A stretch of DNA of 64,000 bases, from NCBI RefSeq assembly GCF_006345805.1, contig NC_043003.1:50530001-50594000 (forward strand). The letters run 5' to 3'. Both the position numbers and the translations under genes were made by a program. Below are positions 26,576 through 38,810 of this stretch, piece by piece; the stretch's first letter is position 1; each line of letters begins with the position of its first letter. The DNA is from Octopus sinensis. Its lineage: Eukaryota. Below the pieces are notes generated by a model. The model did no database searches. It saw nothing but the letters and a program-made list of their open reading frames with translations, and was not told the origin of the DNA.

Positions 26576-26811
26576 ATACCTATTTCTTTACTACCCACAA
26601 GGGGCTAAACATAGAGGGGACAAACAAGTACAGACACACGGATTAAGTCAATTACATCGACCTCAGTGCGTCACTGGTACTTAATTTATCGACCCCGAAA
26701 GGATGAAAGGCAAAGTCGACCTCGGCGGAATTTGAACTCAGAACGTAACGGCAGACGAAATATGGTTACGCATTTCGCCCAGCGTGCTAACGTTTCTGCC
26801 AGCTCGCCGCC
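26576..26811 (-). mobile_element. SINE family A, full length (tail A)
   Basis: Complete head (ggcggcgagctggcagaaacgttagcac), B-box gagttcaaattcc, core and tail. Confidence 0.9.
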
Positions 26812-27039
26812 ATCGCCTTTGAACAGAATTAATTGTTGTGCATACTATGTTCCAAATTCCAGGCGTTTGAGAGTCGCCTAGCACTTGTCAGATTACGCTG
26901 AGATTTTACACACACTGTTTTGTTGTTTATTGGAATAGGATTAGGAGGTGGGAGCAGAAAAGTTTTAATTTTCGGAAAATTACCTATTGCTTAGGGTCAT
27001 CCTAATATGATATATATATATATATATATATACATATAT

Positions 27040-27245
27040 TATATATAGTTAATCCAAACAAGAAAACAAAAACTAAAAAACAACGCAAGGACGTGGAACA
27101 AATAAAGTATTATTGGACGCTCAGGAAAGAAGGGAAGATGGAGGGTTTGACGTTTCGAGCGGAGCTCTTCGTGGAAACATAGGAGAAGGAAAGATCCCGG
27201 AAGGGAAGGCACGGGAAAAATCGCTAGTGATACAGATGAGGTCAC
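27040..27245 (-). mobile_element. Short (TA)n-flanked repeat carrying a degenerate hammerhead (27145-27177)
   Basis: Reverse complement: gttt CC-ACGA a gagc tcc gctc GAAA cg TC aaac. Related to the 20100-20260 and 56810-56990 repeats through a shared acgctc..ggaa flank. Confidence 0.6.
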
Positions 27246-27269
27246 ATACTATATGATATATATATATAC

Positions 27270-27300
<31 letters not shown>

Positions 27301-27357
27301 ATATATATATATATATAATACAACATATATATATACATATTATATATATTATTATAT

Positions 27358-27394
<37 letters not shown>

Positions 27395-27419
27395 CATATC
27401 ATATCATATCAATATATAT

Positions 27420-27650
27420 TTCACGTTGCTCTAGTTCACTCAGCTGTAGAAATGAGTTACGTCGTCACAGGTGCCAAGCTGTGTCTGCTGTTGCCTTTCC
27501 CTTGGATAACACTGGTGGCGTGGAAAGGGAGGCCGGTATGCATGGGCGACTGCTGGTCTTCCATAAAAAACAACCTTGCCCGGACTTATACCTGGGAGAG
27601 TAACTTTCTAGGTGCAATCCCACGGTCAGTCATGACCGAAGGGCGTCTTA
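27420..27650 (+). mobile_element. 5'-truncated CORE SINE with a different tail
   Basis: ttcacgttgctctagttcactcagctgtagaaatgagt matches the core at 24770; the 3' part differs. Confidence 0.65.
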
Positions 27651-27666
27651 CTACGTATATATATAT

Positions 27667-27758
<92 letters not shown>

Positions 27759-28902
27759 CGAACACTTCCGCATAGTTTTCTCCTATCAAATTCACTCACA
27801 GGATATTGGTCGGCTCGAGATTATAGTAGAAAAGATATCTTGTTTTCTACTGGATGTGTCCTTCCAACACCTTACTTTTTATTTTATTCTCACTTATGAT
27901 TTCACCCCCACTTAAAGATTTCCCTATATTTATAACTATACCTTGTCCTTTAGATTTGGTTCAATCCGGCAATTTTTTCTTCTCAAGAACCTGATTGTTA
28001 TGTAAAATATATTTATATTCAAATGTTGTGTTAAGTTTTCATTTCTCTTTTTATCATTCTCCTTCCATACATACATATTTATATATCTTTATTTCTTTGT
28101 GTTTGTGCGCGCGCCCACGTGTGTCCCTAAATGGAATTTTCTTGGCTATATATGTAAGTAATCATATACATACAGACATATCTATACTTCTAATTTACTT
28201 ATACATATATTTATATATCACATCTGTGTCTAAGGGAATCTCTTGTATTGGTGTATGGTTATTATGATGTATATCTACTCATTCGTATTTATAACTGTGC
28301 TGTTTTTAAAGTGACAACTTACGTTTAAATCTTCAATACACTTATTTGCTTGCATTATTTTTTATTCATATCTTTGCAAGTTTATGAATATATCGATAAC
28401 TGTTTGCACGGTATATTCGCCAAGCATTGCCGAGTGGTTGAAAAAAAAAACTCGCTTTGCAATGTCATTATTTTCGAATCAGTCGTACTGCGCAGCATAT
28501 CCCGGAGCTAGTAATGAATTGTGAATGAATCCGAGAGGTGGATTTGTGTGGAAGACCGCAATACCACCGTTGGCCTGCTCGCTTAGCCAGCGGGGTGGCG
28601 TCATTTGAAGGCTAAAACAATGCGAAGCGCATTGTGACCAGCAACATCTGATAGCCTGGTCGGTCACGTGATATATATATATATATAATATATATATATT
28701 GTGTGTGTGTGGGGTGTGTGTGTGTGTGTGTGGTCATCACAACTTGAACAACTCCTGTTGTTTGATTCTCGAACCGAGTGGGGCATTAGGTAAGGGAGTG
28801 ATTTCACGTTTCTTCATTAAGGTCAGCTGAAAATAAGTAAAGGTGAGAGCTGGACTGGGAAGGGTGCTATATAAACAAACAAACACACGCGCACACACAC
28901 AC

Positions 28903-28960
<58 letters not shown>

Positions 28961-28964
28961 TATA

Positions 28965-29240
28965 TCACGTGACCGACCAGGCTATCAGATGTTGCTGGTC
29001 ACAATGCGCTTCGCATTGTTTTAGCCTTCAAATGACGCCACCCCGCTGGCTAAGCGAGCAGGCCAACAGAAGAAAGAGTGCGAGAAAGTTGTGGCGAAAG
29101 AGAACAGCAGGGATCACCACCACACCCAGCCGGAGCCTAGTGGAGCTTTTAGGTGTTTTCGCTCAATAAACACTCACAACGCCCGGTCTGGGAATCGAAA
29201 CCGCGAGCCCGCTGTCCTAACCACTGAGCCAGTGTGCCTC

Positions 29241-29241
<1 letters not shown>
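28965..29241 (-). mobile_element. SINE family B head with alternative tail
   Basis: Head reverse complement ends gcctcc at 29241; tail 28965-29067 is identical to the reverse complement of 28569-28671. Confidence 0.85.
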
Positions 29242-29272
<31 letters not shown>

Positions 29273-29306
29273 GAGAGAGAGAGAGTGAGAGAGATAGATA
29301 GATAGC

Positions 29307-29368
<62 letters not shown>

Positions 29369-30385
29369 TTGGGTCGTCCTAGAAATATTGCGGTTTTTTC
29401 AATTGCATAAATTAAAATCGGAGCGGGGACGGGATAAACTAGCTGCATCAACTTGCTATAAAAGCAGGTAGTAATATTTCGTTGTACTTATTCTTAGTGC
29501 AAGTTTTGAAGAGTGCAGTTCGATTTTAATTGTTTATTTTTTTTTCAAAGCTATAATGGGAGTGACAAAGCATATTCGGCATATTTTGCTTTATGAGTTC
29601 AATAAAGGCGAAAATGCAACGGAAAGTGCGAGGAATATCGATGCAGTATATGGGGATCGGACTTTAAGTCTAAGCCAGTGTCAATGGTGGTTCCAGAAAT
29701 TCAGAGCTGGAAACTACAGGGTAGAAGATGAACCTCGTCCTGGAAGTTCTGTACATCTTGATGAGGACGTCCTGCAAACCCTGGTGGAACAAAACCCCAT
29801 CGTAACTATTGAGGAACTAGCAGAGAAACTTGGATTTGGTCATTCAACCATCCATCGATAGACACCTTTGTGCCATCGGAAAAGTCAACAATTTGGGTCA
29901 ATGGGCTCTCCACACACTTTCCGAGTCTAATCGTGCACAGAAAGTGAATGCGTGTTCGTTTGCTGTCTCGTCTCATGAATGAACCATTGGGGGGGGGGAG
30001 GCGAATAATGACTGGTGACGAGAAATAGGTTCTCTATAAAAATGTCAAACGCCGAAGACAGTGGGTAGGGAAATGAGAAACACCGGCACCTCAGGCTAAA
30101 GAAGGTCCTCACCCACGTAAGATGTTCTTATCTGTTTGGTAGGATATGAAAGGTTTAGTCCGCTTTGAACATTTAAGCAAAAACCAGCTGATTAAGTCAG
30201 CGCAAAAAGAATCAGCTTTGATTTCAAGATGGAAAGTATACTTCTACATACAGCCAGGGTGACACATACAATGAGGAAGACATTCCCAAGACTGGAGCAG
30301 TTTAAATGGGAAACGATGCCCCACCAACCATATTCGCCGGACATTGCCCCATCTGATTATCAATTACTCCGCAGTCTTCAATCAA
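29369..30385 (+). mobile_element. Mariner (DD34D-type) transposon, decayed and 3'-truncated
   Basis: TA followed by TIR-like ttgggtcgtcctagaaat. ORF 29556-29861 is a mariner HTH (HIRHILLYEF...WFQKFRAGN...EDEPRPG). Downstream WALHTL, TGDEK and PHQPYSPDIAPSDY motifs with stops and frameshifts. Confidence 0.9.
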
Positions 30386-30716
30386 CGGAACAGCCTGCTC
30401 GTGAAATTAACGTGCAAGTTGCTGAGCACTTCACAGACACGTGTACACTTAACCTAGTTCTCCGGGAGATTCAGTGTGATACAGAGTGTGACAAGGCTGG
30501 CCCTTTGAAATACAGGTACAACAAAAACAGGAAGAAATAGTGACAGAAAGTTGTGGTGAAAGAGTACGGCAGGGTTCGCCACCAACCCCTGCCGGAGCTT
30601 CGTGGCACTTTAAGTGTTTTCGCTCAATAAACACTCTCAACGCCTTGTCTGGGAATCGAAACAGCAATCCTATAACCGCGAGTCCGCTGCTCTAGCCACT
30701 GGACTATTACGCCTCC
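30380..30716 (-). mobile_element. SINE family B head with the family-C-type tail; interrupts the mariner
   Basis: Reverse complement: ggaggcgtaatagtccagtggctag...; tail gtacctgtatttcaaagggccagccttgtcacac. Confidence 0.85.
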
Positions 30717-31115
30717 ACACACACACAACACACACACACACACACACGCACACACACATATCATAAATAATAAAGAGTAAACACGTCGTTCGGTGATACA
30801 ACGGTCTTCCACATAATTTTCGTCTCTCGAATTCATTCACAATTCATTAGACGCCTCGGGTCATTCTGCGCAACGCAAGTCAATCGGAAACCATGCCATT
30901 GTAAAGCGAGTTTGTTAACCACTCGGCAACGCTTGGCGAATACACCGTTCAAACAGTTATCAATATATTCATAAACTTGCAAAGATATGAATAAATAATA
31001 ATGCAAGCAAATAAGCGTATTGAAGATATAAACGTAAGTTGTCACTCTCTTTGTTATCTACATTCCAGCAAAGGGGTTTTGTATTTTTTTTTTTTTTTTT
31101 TTAAGAAACCATTGT

Positions 31116-31407
31116 GAAGCCGCAATGGCCCAGTGGTTAGAGCAGCGGACTCGCGGTCGGAGGATCGCGGTTTCGATTCCCAGACCGGGCGTTGTGTGTG
31201 TTTATTGAGCGAAAACACCTAAAAGCTCCACAAGGCTCCGGCAGGGGATGGTGGTGACCCCTGTTGTACTCTTTCGCCACAACTTTCTCTCACTGTTTCT
31301 TGAGTAACGCTGCGATAGACTGGTGTCACGTCCAGCTGGGGGGAACATATACGCCACAGAAACCGGGAAACTGGGCCCATGAGCCTGGCTAGGCTTGAAA
31401 AGGGCGA
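31116..31407 (+). mobile_element. SINE family B, full length, V-like tail
   Basis: Near-identical organisation to 1762-2056. Confidence 0.88.
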
Positions 31408-31439
31408 CGTTTACCGTTTATAAATACATATTGCATATA

Positions 31440-31655
31440 TGCAATGTAATTACATATTATATATATATATATGAACGAATTCGCTGGCGAATTTCTATAT
31501 CTCTTATATGTGTGTGTGTCTCCTCGGATCTCGGGTATCCTCCATCCGATTGTGCTCAAATTTGATGTGTAGATACTGACGGTATCAGTGCGTGTATAAG
31601 TCTTGAAATAATTACAAAAATCGATTCCAGGTGAGAATGCGATCGATAAAGCCAT
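31440..31655 (-). mobile_element. HINE 3' fragment; paralogue at 57440-57655 (+)
   Basis: aaatcgattccaggtgagaatgcgatcgataaagcc is the near reverse complement of ggctttatcgatcgtattctcacctggaatcgattt at 57470. Confidence 0.7.
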
Positions 31656-32069
31656 TGTTTTCCTTTTTTCCTTCCGTCAACCTGTACATAACTGCACATT
31701 CTACTTTTTGTTGTTTTTGTACTACCTAAAGGTACGTTTCTTTCCTGCCAAGCTTACTGTTTAAACCATGTTTGTGTTCTCCCAGTCAACAGCCTCATCA
31801 TTACTGGTACTTTAAACTCTTCGGTTGCATATTTGTGTGAATAAAATCGTTTTTCTTTGGAATAGAAAAAAGTCTATCTTTATTTCTTCTTTTGATGGTG
31901 TCTCAAATTTAGGTTAAATCAGTGTTTCTCAAAGGGGAGGCCTATGGGATGGTCGAACAAGTTGTTTTGAGAAAACTTGGTTTAAATGTTTGACAACTCA
32001 GCACCGTCCATTGGACAGTGCGCGTTTTGCTCGTATGTATGTATGTATGTATGTATGTATGTATGTATG

Positions 32070-32100
<31 letters not shown>

Positions 32101-32639
32101 GTATATTTGTGAGTTCGTGAGTGTGTGCGTGCGTATGGGGGAGGCGTATCTTTTTGGTAAAATGAAGACTGTATAGAAGCTCGACAGATGGATTGTACCC
32201 AATATGCAAAACGTAAAACCTTTTCATGTTGATTCTGCATGATAATTACATTAAGTATGCATGTGTCTGTGAAATAGAGCAATTGACTAAACCAGTTGAT
32301 CAAACAGCCAAAATTTCAAACTTCATCATAGGAAGATAAGCTTCTTCTTCTTCTTCTTCTTCTTCTTCTTCTTCTTCTTCTTCTTCTTCTTCTCTTTGTT
32401 CTTCATTATAATCATCTTTCGGCCTATTGGTTTGTTTATGTCTCCATAACATAGGGTTCGGCAAAAGAGACCGATAGAATAAATTCTTAAAATAAGTACT
32501 TGTCTCGACTTGTTCGACTAACACAACAAGGTAGTATTCTAACATGGCAGCAGCGCAATGATTGAAACAAGCAAAAGAATACTGTTGAGAAAATGAACTA
32601 CTAAACACAATGGTCTGAAATGTAATTCTTACAAAACAA

Positions 32640-33200
32640 TTCAAATGTTCAGTTTAATTAACATTGTCTCTTTCTCAAGAACCAATGAAAATCTTTACTT
32701 TGTCGTTTTATAATTTAATTATCATGTACTACAATTCATTTGTCTAATCATTCAAAAACCCTGAATTAGGGCATTTAATCTTCTCATACTCATCTTTGAG
32801 TTGTGGATGTGCAAAATACGCCTTCAGAGCTATCACCTGTAAATGTGCCTTTAATAGACGAGAACTGTCAGAACTGCCCTCTACGAGGATTTCTTTGTGC
32901 AATATAATTTTCTTTTATGAGGCAGTTGATTGCATTCTTTGCGCCTATTAGATTAAAATTATTTTCTTGCAGTTGTATATTGGGGCTGTTCAATTTATTG
33001 TGGATACCAAATATCTCAGCTACAGCTCCACAAATAAAATACGATTTTTCTCGTTGGTCATCCTAATTTATAAGTAAAAATTCAATAGCAATGTGGTAAA
33101 ACCGGAAGAAGCTTTTAAAACGTGATCCTTTTGAAGTTCAGCGAATCCCAGTGCAGAGGAGCAGTCATTTAACATTTTAATCAGTCTTTTCACTTCTGTA
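32640..33200 (-). pseudogene. hAT-Charlie (ZBED5/SCAND3-like) transposase remnant
   Basis: Minus-strand translation LLLCTGIR*TSKG...FYHIAIEFL (compare LLLHTEVRWLSKG...IEFL) and KLNSPNIQLQENNFNLIGAKNAI (compare KLNxLNxQLQGxxxNLIxAK). Confidence 0.6.
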
Positions 33201-35899
33201 CAAGGCCTGACCTTTGATTTTGTTAACTGCAAAAATTACTACAGCTAGACATGACACCTTTAAACAACATACTGGTATGTTGGTAATAAATTACACAGTA
33301 TATCGCGACTGTTAAGCACTTCCGTTTACATATGTGACACCAATTCAGTTTTAGTCACCTGTCATAGACGGTGCACGATCAATTGTACACGATACCATTA
33401 TGCTGAAAAGAACACGTAAGTTTTAATACTTAAAAATGGTTTATTTCTTTGTATTTGTTTTTAGTGATCTACAGAAAAAAAAGTTCCTTCATAATTTTCC
33501 TTTCTTTAAAAAACTGAACAAAGGTCATCAATAAAGCCTCCGCCCCCTCAAAGACTTGCACCGGAAACAACATTACCCAAAGAGCTTCCAGATTCTCAGC
33601 AATATTTAATATTTTGAACACTACCCTCATTTTATCACGTAATGCCTTATATTCCTATATTTTTGTTTGTCACCCTTTGCGATTTTTGACTCCAACTTCG
33701 AAAAAAGCAATCTATGCTATACAACTTTTCTATTCAACTTAGATTCTTGATCAAAATTTTGGTTACTATACTAAAACCTTTCTGGCTTCAAAGTAAATTT
33801 CATACTGCATTGCAACACGTCTCAGACAATGGATATAATACTGTTAATTGCAATAGTTAATAAGTATTAATATTTTTAATGTAGTGAGCAGTAAAGAAAA
33901 ATATATATTTTGGGGTGAGGAAAATCTTTAATCTCAGTAATTAGTATTTTATTTATCATTTCGGTGAGTACAGTTGATAACAGTTAACATGCTTCTGCTT
34001 TATTACCTCTACCATTGCAAATTATAGATTGCACCGTACATGGTGATGTACTAATGCAAGAACCACGAAATCGATATAAAATGTAGACGTGTCGACGTGG
34101 AAATTAGCTTGGCAAAGTAAATCACTGGGAGAAATACTTCACTCGCGGTGAGTAAGGAGGAGCTTAAAGAGTTGGACCTTTACCCTTCGACTGAATGTGA
34201 GAATGTGAGAGAAAGAGAAAGAAGAGAGGTGGGAGAGAGTGTGATGTTGTCACTTGTATTGTAGACCAATAATCCATGATATTCTTTCTAACCCCCAGCA
34301 CCTGAAAATTGCATTAGAGTAAGACTGGGAATGCTTTCATACAAAAAATTATTTAATTAATACGCTATATCGTAAGCTACATAACCGTTTTGCACACTAC
34401 TGTGCTCTGAATCTACACCACCACATCACTTCTTTCTATTGCGTAATACATAAACTGTCAGACTAAAAGAACAAGCATTTTTATAACTACATGGAAGATG
34501 ATGAGACACAACGAGGTCGAAACCTCGGACCTACAATGATTAAATCCACATGATATTAAAAATAGATTTAATTTATTTTTCTTTTTCAGAATGTTTTTGA
34601 AATATATCATTAAAATCTGTATTTATTCTGGAGAAAATCCATTATATACTTGAGGTAAACTATTTGTTGACGTGTTCCATATGTCTTTTTCCCTCATAGC
34701 AAATATTTTCTATTTTAGTAACGCTTCTTCAAGAACAGGGCTATTGATTACTATACGGCTCTCTTGGGTGAAATATTTCAAGTAGGGCGTTTATATCATC
34801 AGTCTAAAAAAGCTATTTCATGGAAGAAAAGACATAAAACGTTTAGTTGATATCACATTTTAGGAATATAAGTAAAAGTAAAATAAAATAGAATAAGTAT
34901 CTAAATGCTTTGAATAAATACATACGACTACGTTATGGAGCAATATAAATTTCAGCCATTTTGAAAGAAAAATTATCCAGTTTTCATCGATTTTGCGAAA
35001 CAACCGAAAGTAGATAATATGTACTTTATGGCAACTTGTTAGAGGAGGAAGGAGTCTCTTTATGGTTGCACGACCTGTTAGAAACATCAGCCAAATTTCT
35101 CTCGAATTACATTTTAACATCTTAAAAATAAATGTGGGACACATTGAACAACGCACTCCGAGATATACAAGAATATGGAATTATCGTAATTGTGTGTGTG
35201 TGTGTGTGTGTGTGTGTTGTGTGTGTGTGTGTGTGTGGTGTGTGTGTGTGTGCGTGTGATTGTGTGTGTGTTTGCATTTCTTTTTTACTCGAAATAATTT
35301 CAAACAAGGCTCCTAGGCAAAACCTAGTGGGGAAGGAGAAGCAGTATTAATGCCTCAGAGCTCTCTATATACATATTCATATTTAAGAGAGAAAGATAGC
35401 AATAAAATAATTGATAAAAAAAAACTGAAAGTTGAATACGATGAGAAAATAACGAAAGAACAAAATAAAGAGTTGATGGCAATAAAATACTGTGAGAAGA
35501 CAATAATGGAGCTAATACAAGGAAATAAAATGAGATAATAATAGAGCCGACAAAAAATATTAAAATAAAAGAAACCACTCACATTTGGCAAGGTATTTCT
35601 TAACATTGAATTTTAAAATATCAAACTCATAGTCAACAAGACAAATGCAAACACAATTTATCTCAAAATTCAGTTATTTCGGAGCTATAAAAAATACTTT
35701 CAGCATGGAGCCTGCAGCTTATCCGCAAGATATGGAGTGGATTTTGATGTGATTAGCTGAACTTTGCAAATTAAGTTCTCATGGATAAGTTTAACACTAG
35801 CGGGAACGGAACTAGTCTGAAAGCTTCCCACTGAAGTAACAGTAGAAAAGGGTCAAACATACAGTATTCTATTGATGATAGCGTGCTGGAGTGATGAAA

Positions 35900-36235
35900 A
35901 TATTACATCACTATCCAAATGCAATACATTCGGTTCTGCATTTTATCAAGAGTGGACAGTTTATGTTTGAAGGATGAAGCACTGAAGAATGACCTCAGGA
36001 CGCTGAAACTTTCAGGTGAGATGCCAAAGGACCAAGATGTCTAGCGCCTTGCTGTACTCAAGAAGACCCGTGCTCCGCAGCAGATGGGTTAAAAGCAGTC
36101 CTTGTGGTAGTGTAAAGCACTTGTGGTAATTCTATGTAAAAGCACTTGTGCGATGCCACGTAAAAGCACGCATACAGTGCCCCGTAAAAGCACCCAGCAC
36201 ACTCTGTAAAGAGGTTGGCGTTAGAAAGACCAAAA
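35900..36235 (+). mobile_element. RTE-clade LINE 3' end with gtaaaagcac-repeat tail
   Basis: LKNDLRTLKLSGEMPKDQDV*RLAVLKKTR (compare DLxxLxLxxxMxxDRDxWRxAV), then tandem gtaaaagcac units. Confidence 0.6.
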
Positions 36236-37439
36236 CAATAAAGTCTGTTTATTGATTGACATGAGCATATCTTGTGAGCATAATATCTCGGCAAAAGAAT
36301 TTTATAAGCTCAGAAAATATAAAGATTTTCTGATCGAAATCGTAAAAATGTGGTATCTCAAGACGGTTAATACGAGTGATTGTAGGAACACTTGCAATGA
36401 TCAAAAAAAGGAACTGAAAGTCATTTGAGGATGATCCCTGGCTTACCATCCATGCAGGAAGTGCAAAAGATTTTCTTAACTGGTACATCACACATATAGA
36501 AGAGCATTGTCGCTTCTAAATTCTACCGATTCTGCAAATTCCTTTCAGTATATTCAAGAACATCCAAAGAAACAATCTTCAGCTATGCAAGAATGCTGAT
36601 AAGTTGGAAATCATACAAAGCTAAAATTTATTTGAGCACGCTCATAGTTTATGTTTTTACTCGAATTGAGGCCGAAGATTCAATGTTCAACTATGTAACT
36701 GTGATTGTATACATGTAGCGTAGCAGACATTTTGGTCGTTGCTGTATATGCACATATGTTTATTCTGAAGGCTATCTTGGACTATTTTATTTAATATCTT
36801 CTTTCAGCATTTAAGATTTATAATTTATGGGATATTTCGCTGCGAAATTCAGCATGTCGAGCAAACGCATAGAGGTTTTTTTCATTCATACCAGTAAACA
36901 TTTATGTATTTCAGTAAGCGCTTTTAGTCCTGTCTACTTGTATGCATATATGTATGTGCTTATGTAAACTTACTTTCTTGACTGAATTCTTCATTCACAG
37001 ATTGAAGTTATTTATAAGAAACATTAAAGCTGAATTGCTGGGTTTTAACTCACAGCAACGTAGAAGAGCTTTATAGGAAACGTCGGAAGTTTCCCAAGTA
37101 GTTCTTGTATCTCCAGGATTGGTGAAATGAGGTAGTAACCTCTGATGAGAACCCAATGAAATTTTAAAAATCAATTACGGTTGTACATAATCTCTATCAA
37201 TGTGCGGAGAAATACTTAAGTTTGCCATAGTTATAGTTTTCTTACGTAGCTTATAGTTAGATGTGTGTTTGCATGCATGCATGTATCTCTCTTTCCCTCT
37301 TCTCTCTCTCTCTCTCTATCTGTCTATCTATCTATTTTTATATATATATGTGTGTGTGTATATATGTGTATATATGTGTATGTATACACACACATATATA
37401 TATTCAAGTTGAATATATAAAAACTATTAACAAAAGCAA

Positions 37440-37850
37440 AGTTTGATCTTAACAATAAGGACCAATCATTCACTGTATCTAAATGCAATGATAGCACATA
37501 CCAATTCATACATACCGGCCAATATATGAGCACAGAAACCGGAAAAATATTCACAGACGAAAATATGAACTGTAAATGCAGAAATTTAATTTACTGCATC
37601 AAATGCCCGAATTGTGAAGAACTATGTGTAGGTCAGACTGGAAATGCTCTATCAGAACGTTCACGTGTGCACCGACAGCAAATTAGACATCTAGATGTCC
37701 GTCAGATACCTTTGAGTAACCATCTAGCAATATATGGTCGGAAAATATAATATTTCCATTCTACAAACTACACAGTCCAAGTGAAATTGAGAGAAAAATC
37801 AGAGAAAAGAACTTTATTAATAAATTCCAACCCAAGCTAAATAAACAATA
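37440..37850 (+). pseudogene. Penelope-like element GIY-YIG endonuclease remnant
   Basis: ORF 37526-37750: MNCKCRNLIYCIKCPNCEELCVGQTGNALSERSRVHRQQIR, matching the PLE GIY-YIG signature NLIYxIxCxxCxxxYVGQT..L..R...H. Confidence 0.85.
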
Positions 37851-38378
37851 ACACTAATACTTAGATGTACTATTTCTACTACCAGTAACAACAACAACAA
37901 CAGCAAAACTACATCTAACGATGACGATAGCAGGAAAATACTTGGTAAGTTAAGAGAAGAGTTAGTAAGAATAATCTTATTTTGGGATTTAAAGTTCTAT
38001 TTCCAGAGCTACTTCTACCATCACCACCACCAGCAACAACAACGACAACAATCATAAAGATGATAATGGTAATGATGATAATTGAAATGTAAAAATCCAT
38101 GGGAAATGTTTACAACATTTCTAAAAATAGCCCAATAATTACTGCTTTGAGCAGGGTTAAATTACAGGTCTCTTGACATGTTCAACAAACATGTTCAACA
38201 AACCTTGACACCAAACACCAATCAACTTCAGTAATTTAGTAAAACAACACGCTGATTGGTCAGAATGCAGTTTGCAAAAATTAACATTCTGGAGCCTATG
38301 CAAATGTATTTAAGGAACACAGTATAGCCATCTCACTACAGGTGTACAATATATAACATAACTGTCACCACTACTATA

Positions 38379-38423
38379 TGAACCTGAAGATTGTATAGGT
38401 TAATGTATGAAAGTACTAGTTCA
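38379..38423 (+). ncRNA. Minimal type-I hammerhead in a putative Penelope 3' pLTR
   Basis: tgaac CTGAAGA t tgtat aggtta atgta t GAAA gtac TA gttca. Helix I tgaac/gttca, palindromic AGTACT helix III; helix II is weakened. Confidence 0.65.
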
Positions 38424-38523
38424 GTCAGAATGGACGTTCAATATTCTATCATTTCATTATATTATATTGTTATAAGATTGTAAATAAAACATGAAAATCA
38501 TACAGAGTTGAAATTTCTTTGAG

Positions 38524-38524
<1 letters not shown>

Positions 38525-38562
<38 letters not shown>

Positions 38563-38565
38563 TAT

Positions 38566-38598
<33 letters not shown>

Positions 38599-38633
38599 TC
38601 ATACTTATATGTATTTACATATATACATGTATG

Positions 38634-38682
<49 letters not shown>

Positions 38683-38722
38683 GATATATATGTATATATA
38701 TATATATATATGCATATGTATG

Positions 38723-38796
<74 letters not shown>

Positions 38797-38810
38797 GTGT
38801 GTGTGTATAT
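38525..38810. repeat. Compound (TA)n/(TG)n microsatellite
   Basis: Direct inspection. Similar long (TA)n arrays lie at 16550-16640, 27250-27400, 27655-27757, 39120-39212, 56650-56800 and 59232-59430. Confidence 0.95.

Larger units (their letters stand above)
28310..31046. mobile_element. About 260-bp inverted repeats (28310-28568 and 30792-31046) enclosing nested SINEs and a mariner
   Basis: agtgacaacttacgttt..atcttcaatac.cttatttgcttgcatt...gaattgtgaatgaat...gtggaagaccg is present in both orientations. Confidence 0.7.

Noticed and set aside
33290-33422. Candidate exon ending CAC|gtaagt, with a Cys-rich frame (TCHRRCTINC)
   Set aside because: Weak acceptor, no recognisable domain, no partner exons, and it sits beside a decayed hAT.
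35985-36020. CTGAAGA...GAAActttc motif (similar cases at 600-613, 1690-1707, 10575-10610 and 48148-48170)
   Set aside because: Helix I does not close or GAAA is missing; the 35985 case lies inside RTE coding remnant.
37115-37175. CTGATGA...GAAA near gaggt-agta-acctc hairpin
   Set aside because: No consistent helix II, helix III or cleavage triplet in any topology.
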